DNA of 62,869 nt, filler included, from Octopus bimaculoides (lineage: Eukaryota), in assembly GCF_001194135.2 (NCBI RefSeq). It is 7 parts of 7 records of this genome, joined end to end, with 100 filler letters (N's around TTAATTAATTAA, not from the genome) between each part and the next. Parts side by side here need not be neighbours in the genome. Positions count along the whole stretch, not along the records: positions 1 to 30,084 come from NC_068983.1; 6 more parts are not named here. One strand, 5' to 3'. A model generated the notes under the pieces. That model was not told where the DNA came from, did not search any database, and was given only the letters and a program-made list of their open reading frames with translations. How positions within the stretch are numbered: position 1 is the stretch's first letter; each line of letters begins with the position of its first letter. The position numbers and the translations under genes were made by a program. Positions 1 to 12,939 of this stretch are shown one piece after another.

Positions 1-2070
1 TATATATATATATATATACTATATATGAGATAGGCTTCCACACAGTTCACCAATAGAGTAAAATGTAGTTTGATGGGGATTTTGCTGCTATTTTTATCAA
101 ATAGTTGTTTTGTTGCTAGTGAGGCGTTTGACTGTGCTGTTTGAAGAAATAACAGAAAAGTAAAGAGATAAAAATGCAGAACGAGGATGTTGTGGGATGT
201 AAATAATAAAATAATTAAGACATCGTCATACATAGCAATTAAATAAGTGACTAAACTAATTTTATAGTAGTTGTGCTATTTTTCATTATTTTTAATATTT
301 TATTCATATTTTGGTTCTATGGTTGGGGGTTGAGAGTTACAAATTGAAATTCACCCTTTAATTGAAAGAAAGATAAATTATCAAATAGACAAAGTTTGAT
401 ATTAACAATAATTATTATAACATCACAACAAAGGCAGCACCAACGACAGCAGTGACAACCTCAACAACGGACTCAGCCATGGTTACGATAGAGGCTAACA
501 TTACACCAGTGGCAAACCCCTCAACATTAATTGTTAGCATAATTGTCACAAACCAAAAGCTATAAATACATTAGACAACAGCTCTAACAAATACAAACAA
601 CAACAACAACGGCCTTACCAAAAATCACTGCAATGACGTCAAAAAGTATCGCAGTACCTTTCATCGCCATCAGCATCGCTGTCTTAATACCAGCAATTAT
701 CAGCATATCAAACACTACAAAATTAACAACTATCATTTTTCTACTAATAAAGATGACACCACAAATAAACAACACAGCAAATAACAATTATTACAATTAA
801 AATAATTACAAATGCAATCAAATCCTCATCAAAACTCCAGGCACATCTCCAACTGCCACAACCAACATAAAAATAACAAAATGAAAACAGCAACTATAAT
901 AACATCCAATATATAAAAATAACATTAAAAAATAACAAAGAACAACCAGACCTCGATAGAAATAATAATAAAATAAGTGATTTGTATTTAAATTTATTAA
1001 AAATGTAACGGCAAAATTAAAATATAAAATCCTAAAAACGTAAAATATAAATATAAAAATATAAAATGCATGGTCTATAAATATTAGATATAAAGCTACG
1101 ATACAAACAAAATATAAAAAGATAAAATATAAAGCTAATACATATGAAATATAAACTAAATGTAAATACAAAATATGCAGGTATAATACAAGCGTAACAT
1201 ATAAAGCTTAAATATAAATATAAACATAATATACAAATAAAATGTACGAAGCATATAACAATAATATATAAAATAAAATATATGCAAACAATAAATAAGC
1301 ATCGGTAAAATACATTTATATAAAAGAATAACAATGAGAAATCAAGCAAACAATCAATACCACACATTTTCTCTCTATACAGACGAAAATTAATTTCAAT
1401 TATATAAATATAATATTAAGGCATACTGAAATAACGATAAAGAAACCAGAAGTGCGCGTTAGAATAATTTCTCTGCAGAGTTAAAATTTAATTACTAATA
1501 CACACACATGCACACTAACACACCAGCAAAAACACACAATGATATAAATACATATATATATATACACATAACATACCTACACACACACATACACACGCAC
1601 GCACGCACACACACACACACACACACGCACTCATATAAATATGAAGGGAGAGGTGAGAAAGAAAATTGTGAGAAAGTAAGAAAAGATCAAAATATTTAAA
1701 AGTAAAAGTGAAAATTATAAATAAATAGATAAATGAATACAAATTATCTCTAATCAAACGAATAAAAATCCGTCATTGTCACAAAGCAATAGCCAAATAT
1801 AAAAACAATTATTATTTTTTTTTATTTTTTAGAATTATGATTTGATTTTAATTATATTTTTTAATTCTTAATTTTATTATTTTAATTACATTAATTAATA
1901 TTTCGTGTGTTTGTTAATGATGTTAAGATGGGATTTCTTGATTTAAATCATTTTGTTTTGATATGTTTATTTTTGTAGAGGCGGTTGGTCCCGTATTTTC
2001 TTTAATTGGTGAACGAGAGAACAAACACTATGAAACAGGTCTATATTTAATAGATAAACAATTATGTACA

Positions 2071-2199
2071 TTATTTACATTATTTTCATTTGACGGATAT
2101 TTGTCCTGATGAAGGCTGGAGGGTATACCAGCCGAAACGTTGTGTTAACAACAAACAAGATGAGGTCAAATATCCGTCATATGTAAATAATGTAAATAA
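2071..2199 (+). mobile_element. Short fold-back element (probable Penelope pLTR relic) enclosing a hammerhead motif
   Basis: Arms 2071-2107 and ~2162-2199 are reverse complements (TGACGGATATTTG/CAAATATCCGTCA perfect over 13 bp; ~37 bp with 3 mismatches) and enclose a hammerhead core. The PLE assignment is inference. Confidence 0.6.
2101..2151 (+). ncRNA. Type I hammerhead ribozyme-like motif
   Basis: CTGATGA 2106-2112, extra A, stem II GGCTGG/CCAGCC with loop AGGGTATA, GAAA 2134-2137, C-[GTTGT]-GT with T17 at 2146, stem I TTGT/ACAA with a C.A mismatch next to the core. Confidence 0.7.
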
Positions 2200-2466
2200 G
2201 GTAGAAACTATGAAATAAAAAATTAAGAATATGACAACAGAAACACTTCCTCATTCATGATAAATGTTGTAGAGTTTCAGCAAGTGAGAATTGTAGATTT
2301 GCAAACGTTTCCACCATAGAGTTTTGATATAGCACTTATTTTTGTTTTCGTTAGCGATTTACATTTTTGTGGAAGTTTCTGTAAAGAAAAGAAAATCGCT
2401 TTTTACGTTTATGAATTTGCTTTGTAAGATTCCGGATGTGAAAGAGATATTGTCATACTTCGGCTT

Positions 2467-2701
2467 GGTCATTTTTTTCTTGCCAAATAAAACACACATA
2501 CTATATATTCGTTCGTCACACGTGTTTTTCTTCCTGTTCTGTTTAGAGGAAGCGGACGAAACATGTGGATGGAAGAGTCGCTGAAGAGGTCACAGATGTG
2601 TGACGAAAAAATTCCAAACGATGGACATAAGATAAAATAAGAACAATAATAAACGAGTGAATATATAATACGTATGTTTATTTGGCAAGAAAAAAATGGC
2701 C
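2467..2701 (+). mobile_element. Second fold-back mini-element with a degenerate hammerhead core
   Basis: Left arm GGTCATTTTTTTCTTGCCAAATAAA...TATATATTC and right arm GAATATATA...TTTATTTGGCAAGAAAAAAATGGCC are ~45 bp inverted repeats; TTCGTCACAC/GTGTGACGAA also inverted. Confidence 0.55.
2581..2614 (+). ncRNA. Degenerate hammerhead-like core
   Basis: CTGAAGA-G-GTCACA-GATG-TGTGAC-GAAA: exact core nucleotides with a perfect 6-bp stem II; stems I and III are poorly formed. Confidence 0.5.
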
Positions 2702-2769
2702 ATCATGAAATATAACAATAGAATTGCTTTTGATATGCTAATAAAAACATATCTATATCTATCTATCTA

Positions 2770-2838
<69 letters not shown>

Positions 2839-3225
2839 TACAGTTTTAGTATAATATTAAAATATTAGTACAGAAGTATTACGAAACCTAACGGCTGCCT
2901 TATCAAATATATTCGAACTGGCCTTTTTACCTATTAGGTCTGTCTGTTTCGCTTCTAGAGTGACATACTCAATTATTCTCGTAGATGTTGCAAATAAGCC
3001 ACCATTATTAGTGCTTTTGTTGCAGCTGTTATCAGTATTGCTCCAGCTGTCATTGCACTTATTGTCGATGTTCTAGTGGCTGTCGTTGTGTACTAACGCT
3101 TTGTTTCTTTGTTAGCATCGGCTCTATAATCTTAATTGCCGACGCATTTCTCTTTTATTACTTCTGATGATGTTATTGTTGATGGTGGTCATCGTAAAGG
3201 TATTGCTGTTTTTGGTTTTGTTATT

Positions 3226-3519
3226 GCCGCATGGTTCAGTGGTTAGAGCGTCGGGCTTACAATCCTGAGGTAGTGAATTTGATTCCGAGACCAGGCTGTG
3301 TGTTGTGTTTTTGAGCAAGACGCTTTATTTCACGTCGCTCCAGTTCACTCAGGTGTAGAAATGAGTTGTGACATCACTGGTGCCAAGCTATATCATCTTT
3401 TGATTTTCCCTTGGATAACATCGGTAACGTGGAGAGGGGAGACTGGTATGCATGGGTAACTGCTGGTCTTCCATAAACAACTTTGCCCGACTTGTGCCAC
3501 GGAGGGGAACTTTCTAGGT
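3226..3519 (+). mobile_element. tRNA-headed SINE, family C (local label)
   Basis: A-box-like TGGTTCAGTGGTTAG and degenerate B-box; the body (GTAGAAATGAGTTG...TTCCCTTGGATAAC...GGAGGG.AACTTTCTA) recurs at 59.8 kb. Confidence 0.75.
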
Positions 3520-4158
3520 TATTAATAGCCATTAATGACTTAGGTCCATGTTCATTAATGATCTAAGGGGGTCTTTTTATTTCCAAAACTTAACTGGATA
3601 CATTGTTGTTATTGTTGTTGTTGTTGTTGTTGTTGTTTACACTGCAGTTGATGCAACCACTTCTCTTACAATGAAGCAAAATGGGTGGCGGTGATCGTGT
3701 TTACACTGTTAGTTTGTACTTGGAACGTGTGGTGAGAAAGTGATTTTGGTTATCATAAAGGTGAGTTTCGCTTCGATTTCTAGCTTCTTTCGCCATCCAT
3801 TTTCTCTCGATATTTCATCTCCACCAATAGATGTCATAGAGGAAATTTTTGATTTGCTTAAAATAAGGGTACACCAGTTTTTTTCTTTTCTACAAGAATA
3901 TTTTCGGTCTCTTTTACGGTCCGGAAAAAAGATGGCCATATCCCTAAAGTAGAAAAACTAGTTAATTTAGAAGTATGATTTGTAAACTGACGTGACTAAA
4001 TGCCGTATAGAATATAGTGTGGAATTCCTATATATGCTTCTCTCCACAGCCACGACAGCAGCAGCCAGAACGACAATATCAACAACACCGACAACAACAA
4101 CAAACCTCACAAAAACTCAATCACACATACACATTATGTATGTATGTATGTATGTATG

Positions 4159-4224
<66 letters not shown>

Positions 4225-4551
4225 AGAAAGTTGGTATGTGAAAGCACGTGGTTGGATGTATAAAAGATAATAAGAGTGAAAAAACAACAGAAGGCTTGTG
4301 TTACATGGTTAAAGTATATATTTAAATTATGTCAGAAAAGTGTTAGAAAAATGTTATAAAAATGTTATAAAATCTTTTTGGTATCTCCCCTATACCGGAA
4401 GAAATCCCTAATTNNNNNNNNNNNNNNNNNNNNNNNNNNNNNNNNNNNNNNNNNNNNNNNNNNNNNNNNNNNNNNNNNNNNNNNNNNNNNNNNNNNNNNN
4501 NNNNNNNNNNNNNNNNNNNNNNNNNNNNTATATATATATATATATATCCCG

Positions 4552-4990
4552 AATAAAACCAAAACTTTCAGATAGGGATCGTCGGACACCTACAAGAATT
4601 GTTACAAAGGATCACAAAAGTACAGCTCCCAAAATTACTGCAGAGCTTAGTGACCACCGCAAGAACCCAATTTCCACAACAACTGTTTGCCGGGAGCTGT
4701 ACAAAGTCGGATTTCACGAGAGGGCTGCAATCAGAAAGTAACTACTTTCAAAAACAAACGTTGCAAAGTGTTTTGATTGGAGTAAAAACCTACGGAATTG
4801 GTTCCTAGAGTAGTGGAAGAATGTTATTTTCTTGGACGCGTTATTCTTTACCTTATTTCCGACCACCGGCCGAGTATACGTGTGAAGACAGCCAAAAGAA
4901 GCGTTTGACTCAGACTGCCTTCTTCCAACTGTTAAACATGGAGGAGAATCTTTGATGATCTGGGGTGGCTATATCTTGGAAATCCGCCAG
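4552..4990 (+). pseudogene. Tc1-like transposase fragment
   Basis: Manual translation: KLSDRDRRT..RIVTKDHKSTAPKITAEL..TVCRELYKVGF..W KNVIF..GRVYV*R..CLLPTVKHGGESLMIWG, matching the Tc1 GRxYVWR and PTVKHGGGSVMVWG motifs; stops and a frameshift present. Confidence 0.8.
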
Positions 4991-5936
4991 CCCAATATGA
5001 GCTATTTATGTCATGATTTTTGTTTTCCTTGTCTTAGAGTATTGATGTGTTTTGGTTTCTCAGTTAAAGCTAATGCATGGTTTGTTTGTTGTCGATGCTC
5101 GCGAAAGAAGGTATGAACATCATAATAAAGCATTTTACTAAATCTTTAAGATATTTGCTATCTCATGTTTAGACCCAAGAAACAAATAATAATAACAACA
5201 ACAACAAAAACAGCAGCAGCAGCAGCAAAAACAACAATAACAACAAGAGCGGCAACAGTAACAACAACAATAACAACAACATCAGCAACAACAACAACAG
5301 TAACCTTTTGACGTCATAGGAATTATAGACTTTCGAGAGAACGTGAAGTAATTCTTCTTTGCAGCAGTGAATATCGAAGCATAGACTATAAATAATAGAG
5401 TGTAATATTAGGTTGAAAAAGCCTTCGATTTTTTCCAGTCAAAGGGTTCTCAATCCTATATTTACACGCTATTATTTATATCTTTATGTGCTTCGAGATA
5501 TATTGTTCCAAAACAAAATTACTAAACATTTTTATTCGTTCCCGCCTCATAGAAGCTGTTATCCATAATGCAAGATCTTTTTGGTATTTCTTGGATTGCA
5601 ATTTCTAAAATGTCCTACTAAGATGAAAAAGTGTGATTTGAAACAGTTTTGGCTACTGTTGACTTTAGCAACTCGAACGACCTGTTAAAATAAGCATTTC
5701 TGTTTGTCAAGTACGTGAAGCTGCTTGGCTCAAGACAATATCATGTAAAGATTTGATATTTTCAATTGACTTTGCACAGAGGAAATGTAAAAATGCCAAC
5801 TAAATCTCAGTCATACACGAACGCCAAAAACATGAGTCACTGAGCTAGATAATGTGAAGAGTTATGTAGACATTCTTCTTTACCAGACGAAACATCATGA
5901 AATGAAAATTAGGAATGCACAAGTACGCTGACTTAC

Positions 5937-5968
5937 CATGCAATAGAAATTCTTTTCACACCTGTACT
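5937..5968 (-). other. Candidate first exon: short 5'UTR plus ATG immediately followed by GTAAGT donor
   Basis: Minus strand reads CCAGTACAGGTGTGAAAAGAATTTCTATTGC-ATG(5939-5937)|GTAAGT(5936-5931); downstream exons not identified. Confidence 0.45.
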
Positions 5969-5986
5969 GGCATTTCCCCACCCTTC

Positions 5987-6110
5987 CTTTTATATACACT
6001 GTGTCTGTCCAAGTCTCTGTTTAGATTTAATATTTATAAATGTATATCTTTGGGCAACTCTTTGCTTAATACTAAATTAATTAAATGTTTAAATTCAGAT
6101 GAATGATTGG
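5987..6110 (-). promoter_or_regulatory. Candidate Pol II core promoter (TATA box plus CCAAT)
   Basis: TATATAAAAG at 5996-5987 (minus), 28 nt upstream of an Inr-like CCAGT; CCAAT at 6110-6106 (minus). Confidence 0.45.
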
Positions 6111-6317
6111 AGAAAGAAACAAAGAAATTTTGTTTCATTTATTCCCTTGTGAAATTAAAGGAGGTTAATTGGTAATTTCGAATTGAGAAACATACGTACG
6201 CACACATACTTACATCTGAGACACGCACATACATCCATTCATATCCATACATGCATCCATACATACATAATATACATGTATAACATACATACACACAGAC
6301 ATATAGTAAAGAAATAA

Positions 6318-6640
6318 AAATGGATTCTCCATCGGTTTCGGCGGTGAGTATTCTACCTGTTCGATCACCTGAACTATGAAGCCATTAAGTGCTGTGTATA
6401 CCACAGATGGGTGAGTCTTTATGGTAATCTTTGAGTAAAATCAGCCTAAAAAAGACTGCTACAAAGGCGGTTCCTTGAATTAGAGGAATAATGTATTCGA
6501 AATGTTCTCAGACTTCGCGTCAACTCGATTTTATTCAAAAGTCTTGGTTGGGTCGACTTGAGACAAGGTGCAAGATCTGACCTTGCAGAATTGAACCCTA
6601 GACATAATAATTACGAAGCGAACTTCTTAACCACTGAGGG
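6318..6640 (-). mobile_element. Probable tRNA-headed SINE, family E
   Basis: The minus-strand head CTCAGTGGTTAAGAAGTTCGC...GGGTTCAATTC has A/B-box-like motifs. Single copy in the window; the 3' boundary is approximate. Confidence 0.45.
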
Positions 6641-6647
6641 ATATAGG

Positions 6648-6648
6648 C

Positions 6649-6720
<72 letters not shown>

Positions 6721-6839
6721 GTCTGTCTGTATGTCTGTGTGTCTGCCTGCCTGCCTGTCTGTCTGTCTGTATGTCTGTCTGTCTGCCTGCCTGTCTGTCT
6801 GTCTGTCTGTCTGTCTGTCTGCCTGCTTGCCTGCCTGCC

Positions 6840-6873
<34 letters not shown>

Positions 6874-6882
6874 CCTATCTAT

Positions 6883-6942
<60 letters not shown>

Positions 6943-6982
6943 ATATGTATGTATTTATTTGTATGTATACACACACACGCAT
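6648..6982. repeat. Compound tetranucleotide microsatellite (ATCT)n/(GTCT)n/(GCCT)n
   Basis: Directly visible; source of the spurious IYLS/VCLS ORFs. Confidence 0.95.
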
Positions 6983-7146
6983 NNNNNNNNNNNNNNNNNN
7001 NNNNNNNNNNNNNNNNNNNNNNNNNNNNNNNNNNNNNNNNNNNNNNNNNNNNNNNNNNNNNNNNNNNNNNNNNNNNNNNNNNNNNNNNNNNNNNNNNNNN
7101 NNNNNNNNNNNNNNNNNNNNNNNNNNNNNNNNNNNNNNNNNNNNNN

Positions 7147-7188
<42 letters not shown>

Positions 7189-8744
7189 GTAGATGTATAT
7201 ATGCGTGTGTGTTCGTGTGTGTGTGTGTGTTTATGTATGCGTATCTGTGTTTATATATGTATAAGGCGTAAATATGTGAAGCAGAATTTTCACAATGCAG
7301 TTGGTACGTTGTTGCAGGTATATGTGTTGACATGAAAATGATACTGTATCGTGACAAAATAACATAAAAAATAACACTTCAAAGTCTGTGACCTGAATGT
7401 CTTGCTGTTTCATTCAAGATTTATTGTTCAACCGTACGTACTTTGGTGTTGAAAACCTTTCCTTTTATATTGGTATGTTCATCAATAAGTTGGTAAATTA
7501 TGGTGGGTGCATGTAAGGGAGTATATATCTTTATTTCTCAGAAATACTACATATATATCTCCTCGTGTCCCATTATTCTCAGCAGATCAATATTGGATTA
7601 TTTTCCTATTGATGTATGTCACTAAAATTAGCCTTAGACGCATGAAATACTTCACATCCACCGGGCTACAATCCCTCATATATAGATAAATCCGTAACGT
7701 GGTATTTATCAACTATATGTCATCTAAGGATGCTTTACACACGTCACACAGTTACTCCTCAATCAGCACAGTTTGTTTTTTGTTCTCTTTTAACGTCAGA
7801 ATTACGTCAACTAGTCTAGTGTTTTCCTTTTGGTTTACCTTAAAATTCGAGCAATCCCTTAGTGATTGACGTCTTTTCATGAGAGACTTCCATCATCTGG
7901 TTCGACTTTTGTCTAGGCTCACTTCTCTTTGTTCCCAGTTCCTTTTCTTGGTTTCTTTATAAAGGTAATCATTGTAATTGCGAATCAAAGGAAATACATC
8001 TGAAACTAAAACACTAATTATAAATTAAAACTATATAAATAAACGGCAGAATTTCGAAGATATGATAATAACTGATAATTTTCAAAGCTGATGATGAGTT
8101 GAATTCATAATGAGGTGTTACATATTTAAATAACACAACAGTAATACATTGCTGTTGTTGTTTAATTTGTTCGCAGCATTGTTTACCCTTCGCTGGTTAT
8201 TGTGCTTCTGATGTTGCTTTTGTTTTTATTGTTGTTCGTATTTTTTGTCTGGCTTTCCACCATCCTCTCCTTAAAAATATATTACTTCATATTATCGAAA
8301 ATCAACGTAAAAACTAATATAAAATTTCCAAAAATATACAAAAACGTAAAAATAAATGAACGAATATCATATAAGAAGTATTTCATGAATATATAAGGAG
8401 TAATTTTACCCATTCTAAATAGAATAAATAAAGAGAAATGTAGAGTTTTTTGACAAATTTCTCGTGAAGATTTAAATATTATAGGTCGCAGAAATTAGGG
8501 ATGTTGTAATGGAACATGAATAAAACAAGTGAAACTCGTCACAAGTCTGCAGTTCCATGAAAAGGTCAAAAGAAGGGTATATGTCTCACAAACAAGTTAA
8601 CAGAAGTGTCTCTAGGCAAAAGTTCTGGATAACGTCAAAGGGACATATTGGTCATGGGTGAAACACGTGTGCTGATAAGGTCTGTTCAGGGAAGGTCGGC
8701 TTGGGGCTAAACAACAATAAGAATAGTCACAACAACATCGTTAA

Positions 8745-8890
8745 TAATGAGTTCTAATTTTGGCAGGAGACCAGCAATTCAGAGAGTGCGGGTAAGTCGA
8801 TTACATTGACTCCAGTTCTCAACTGGTATTTATTTTATCGACTTCGAAAGGATGAAAAGCAAAGTTAACCTCGGCGGAAATTGAACCGGC
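8745..8890 (-). mobile_element. SINE family D, partial
   Basis: Shares AGTCGATTACAT.GAC...ACTGGTA.TTA.TTTATCGAC...GAAAGGATGAAA.GCAAAGT with copies at 22.8, 33.9, 51.5 and 62.7 kb. Confidence 0.75.
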
Positions 8891-9379
8891 GCAGTATCGA
8901 TTCTGTCAGCTCGCCACCAACATCATTGATATTGATTATATGTAATCATCGCTTCGGAAAATTGTGGAAGACAACTAAAACACGACTGGTTTTGAGCGTC
9001 ATCGCATCCTCCTATATCAGGCCTTGCATCCTGCCATTTTTCCGCCAACCATACGCGTATAAAAATCTTTGATTAAAAGAATATGTCACTCACAAAGACT
9101 AGGTTTCTTCTTGAGGACCACAAAGTGCTAAACCCTTTCAAAAGTTCATAAGTGATACATACGATGACAATGTCTTGCTACGTTACATTAAGGTGTCTTA
9201 AAATGCAACCCCAGAAAGGGCTATTTAACAAATTGTCATGAAATCGATTACAGATGAGTACACCGCCATCATTTCGTCGCAGGAGAGCTCATCGTCATGA
9301 ATTCAACATGAAGAAAGTTCACAGCGAAGAAAGTTTACCAAGAAAATATATCCATAGTATCTCACCATTAATAGTTAAC

Positions 9380-9790
9380 AAGTGGCTGTGTGGTAAGTAG
9401 CTTGCTTACCAACCACATGGTTCCGGGTTCAGTCCCACTGCGTGGTACCTTGGGCAAGTGTCTTTTACTATAGCCTCGGACCGACTAAAGCCTTGTGAGT
9501 GGATTTGGTAGACGGAAACTGAAAGAAGCCCGTCGTATATATGTATATATATATGTATATGTATGTGTGTTTGTGTGTGTATGTTTGTCCCACCACCATC
9601 GCTTGACAACCGATGCTGGTGTGTTTATGTCCCCGTAACTTAGGGGTTCGGTAAAAAGAGTCCGATAGAATAAGTACTAGGTTTACAAAGAATAAGTCCT
9701 GGGATGATTTTCTCGACTAAAGGCGGTGCTTCAGCATGGCCGCAGTCAAATGACTGAAACAAGTAAAAGGGTAAAAAGAGTAAAAGAATA
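9380..9790 (+). mobile_element. Bipartite SINE A+B (tRNA head, CORE-like segment, internal TA/TG tract, 3' module)
   Basis: Head GTGGCTGTGTGGTAAG...GGTTCAGTCCC, then ACCTTGGGCAAGTG (resembles the CORE-SINE domain), internal microsatellite, 3' module ending GACTGAAACAAGTAAAAG; multiple copies in the window. Confidence 0.85.
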
Positions 9791-10146
9791 AATATTTCAT
9801 TGAAAGAGAAAGAAAAGAAAAAACGGTGAGTTAGCAGGTGTAAGCCTAAAACAATCGTTGTACTAAATAAGGTTTACAGTACACATTGTTTTCCCTATTA
9901 AATATCTAGAATTATATATATATGTATGAGTGTATGTGTGTGTGTGTGTGCTTATTTTAACATTCAGCAGAAGTAACAGAGTGACTCAAGGCCTTAGAGT
10001 TTCGTGCGTTGGCCTTTATCAAAGTTTCATAAATGCCAACGCATGAAACTCTCGGAACTTGAGTCACTGTTACTTCTGTTAAATATTAATAAAAATACAC
10101 ACATACATATTTTGAGTTCTATTTTTCCTGTTTACATCACCATACC

Positions 10147-10201
<55 letters not shown>

Positions 10202-11042
10202 ATGGGAAATAGAAGAAAATGGAGAAATTGACTAATAAACATGAATTTATTCAAAGATATTCAAATCAATATATGAAATTCTTATCCTTACAGCCATTTC
10301 CATAGCCAATTAATTCAATTAGAAACATTAAATTAAATTAATTTAATTTAAAATTTTCATATTGAAGCTGGTTAATTGGGTATTTTATCAGAGGAGTTAC
10401 ATTCCAACGTGTTGGTTGACCCTTGACAGACACATAGCTATGTATGTATGTATGTATGTATGAATGTACGTGTATACACACACAAAAAGAGACAAAGACA
10501 GAGAGAAACAGAGGAAACAGAGACAGGCACAGTGATAGCCGAGCTTAGAGATATAAAGATAAATAGACATCGGTTATATTTCTACTCGTCGGATTGTCGA
10601 GCCTTTTCATCTCTAACTTTATACTGTTAACTCATAAAATATCAATACCAGCTACTAATATCAAAATGAATATATAATTAAGCGCTCAGGCGCGCACACG
10701 TATACATACACGCACACAGGCGCAAACAATTGGAAACACACACATACGCGCGCAAAAAAAAGAAACAAGCGCACGCGCGTACGCATACACACATACATAT
10801 GCATATGCATTTCTATCTCCACCTTTTCTCTTTCTTTTTCTCTTTTCCTCTCGCTGCCTATTCAGAAATACACACGTAGAGCAAGAGCGAAAGAGAAAGA
10901 GAGAAAGGGAGGGAGGGAGGAAGAGAGAGAATGAAAACACTTCTTTTGTAAATATTACTGTAATATTCATAGAAACGACTAGTTATAGATAGCTTGATTA
11001 TAATATATAGAAGCAAAAATACAAATGCATACATGCATATAC

Positions 11043-11099
<57 letters not shown>

Positions 11100-11944
11100 N
11101 NNNNNNNNNNNNNNNNNNNNNNNNNNNNNNNNNNNNNNNNNNNNNNNNNNNNNNNNNNNNNNNNNNNNNNNNNNNNNNNNNNNNNNNNNNNNNNNNNNNN
11201 NNNNNNNNNNNNNNNNNNNNNNNNNNNNNNNNNNNNNNNNNNNNNNNNNNNNNNNNNNNNNNNNNNNNNNNNNNNNNNNNNNNNNNNNNNNNNNNNNNNN
11301 NNNNNNNNNNNNNNNNNNNNNNNNNNNNNNNNNNNNNNNNNNNNNNNNNNNNNNNNNNNNNNNNNNNNNNNNNNNNNNNNNNNNNNNNNNNNNNNNNNNN
11401 NNNNNNNNNNNNNNNNNNNNNNNNNNNNNNNNNNNNNNNNNNNNNNNNNNNNNNNNNNNNNNNNNNNNNNNNNNNNNNNNNNNNNNNNNNNNNNNNNNNN
11501 NNNNNNNNNNNNNNNNNNNNNNNNNNNNNNNNNNNNNNNNNNNNNNNNNNNNNNNNNNNNNNNNNNNNNNNNNNNNNNNNNNNNNNNNNNNNNNNNNNNN
11601 NNNNNNNNNNNNNNNNNNNNNNNNNNNNNNNNNNNNNNNNNNNNNNNNNNNNNNNNNNNNNNNNNNNNNNNNNNNNNNNNNNNNNNNNNNNNNNNNNNNN
11701 NNNNNNNNNNNNNNNNNNNNNNNNNNNNNNNNNNNNNNNNNNNNNNNNNNNNNNNNNNNNNNNNNNNNNNNNNNNNNNNNNNNNNNNNNNNNNNNNNNNN
11801 NNNNNNNNNNNNNNNNNNNNNNNNNNNNNNNNNNNNNNNNNNNNNNNNNNNNNNNNNNNNNNNNNNNNNNNNNNNNNNNNNNNNNNNNNTATATATACAA
11901 ACACACAGACACACACACACAGACACACACACACACACACACAG

Positions 11945-11980
<36 letters not shown>

Positions 11981-12469
11981 GTATGTATATAAATATATAT
12001 ATAAATTCAAGACATCAGGAAGGAGAATAGAAAACTATGCATATTCAAATATTGGTTATTGCAATATTATTCACATTCACGTGAAATTTCAATCCGACGT
12101 GCGTTTCTGTTGCATAAGCCTCCTGATGTCTCCTGATGTAGCATTTATGTGTATATACTTGTTTCATTTGCAGTACGTATTGATACTTATGCAGCTTTGT
12201 TCAAAATTTCACCTATGCGGGTGGGTGGAGCAAAATGTACACATACATGTAGACAGACATTTAAATACACGTATGTACGTACACACGCGCGCCTGCGAAC
12301 ATACACACACACACAATTATATAGCCATATGTATATAAGTATAGGACTAAGGGACTTTCAGTGTGTGTATGGGTGTATACATATTTGTGTGTGTACGTGT
12401 GTGTGTTATATCTAATAATATACATATAGATATTTACATAACATAGTTGAATTGCATCTTCATATGGAA

Positions 12470-12502
<33 letters not shown>

Positions 12503-12905
12503 NNNNNNNNNNNNNNNNNNNNNNNNNNNNNNNNNNNNNNNNNNNNNNNNNNNNNNNNNNNNNNNNNNNNNNNNNNNNNNNNNNNNNNNNNNNNNNNNNN
12601 NNNNNNNNNNNNNNNNNNNNNNNNNNNNNNNNNNNNNNNNNNNNNNNNNNNNNNNNNNNNNNNNNNNNNNNNNNNNNNNNNNNNNNNNNNNNNNNNNNNN
12701 NNNNNNNNNNNNNNNNNNNNNNNNNNNNNNNNNNNNNNNNNNNNNNNNNNNNNNNNNNNNNNNNNNNNNNNNNNNNNNNNNNNNNNNNNNNNNNNNNNNN
12801 NNNNNNNNNNNNNNNNNNNNNNNNNNNNNNNNNNNNNNNNNNNNNNNNNNNNNNNNNNNNNNNNNNNNNNNNNNNNNNNNNNNNNNNNNNNNNNNNNNNN
12901 NNNNN

Positions 12906-12939
<34 letters not shown>

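Noticed and set aside
420-1370. Hydrophobic minus-strand ORFs (584-787, 818-1171, 1032-1367)
   Set aside because: A/C-rich low-complexity decayed repeats that give membrane-like translations by composition alone.
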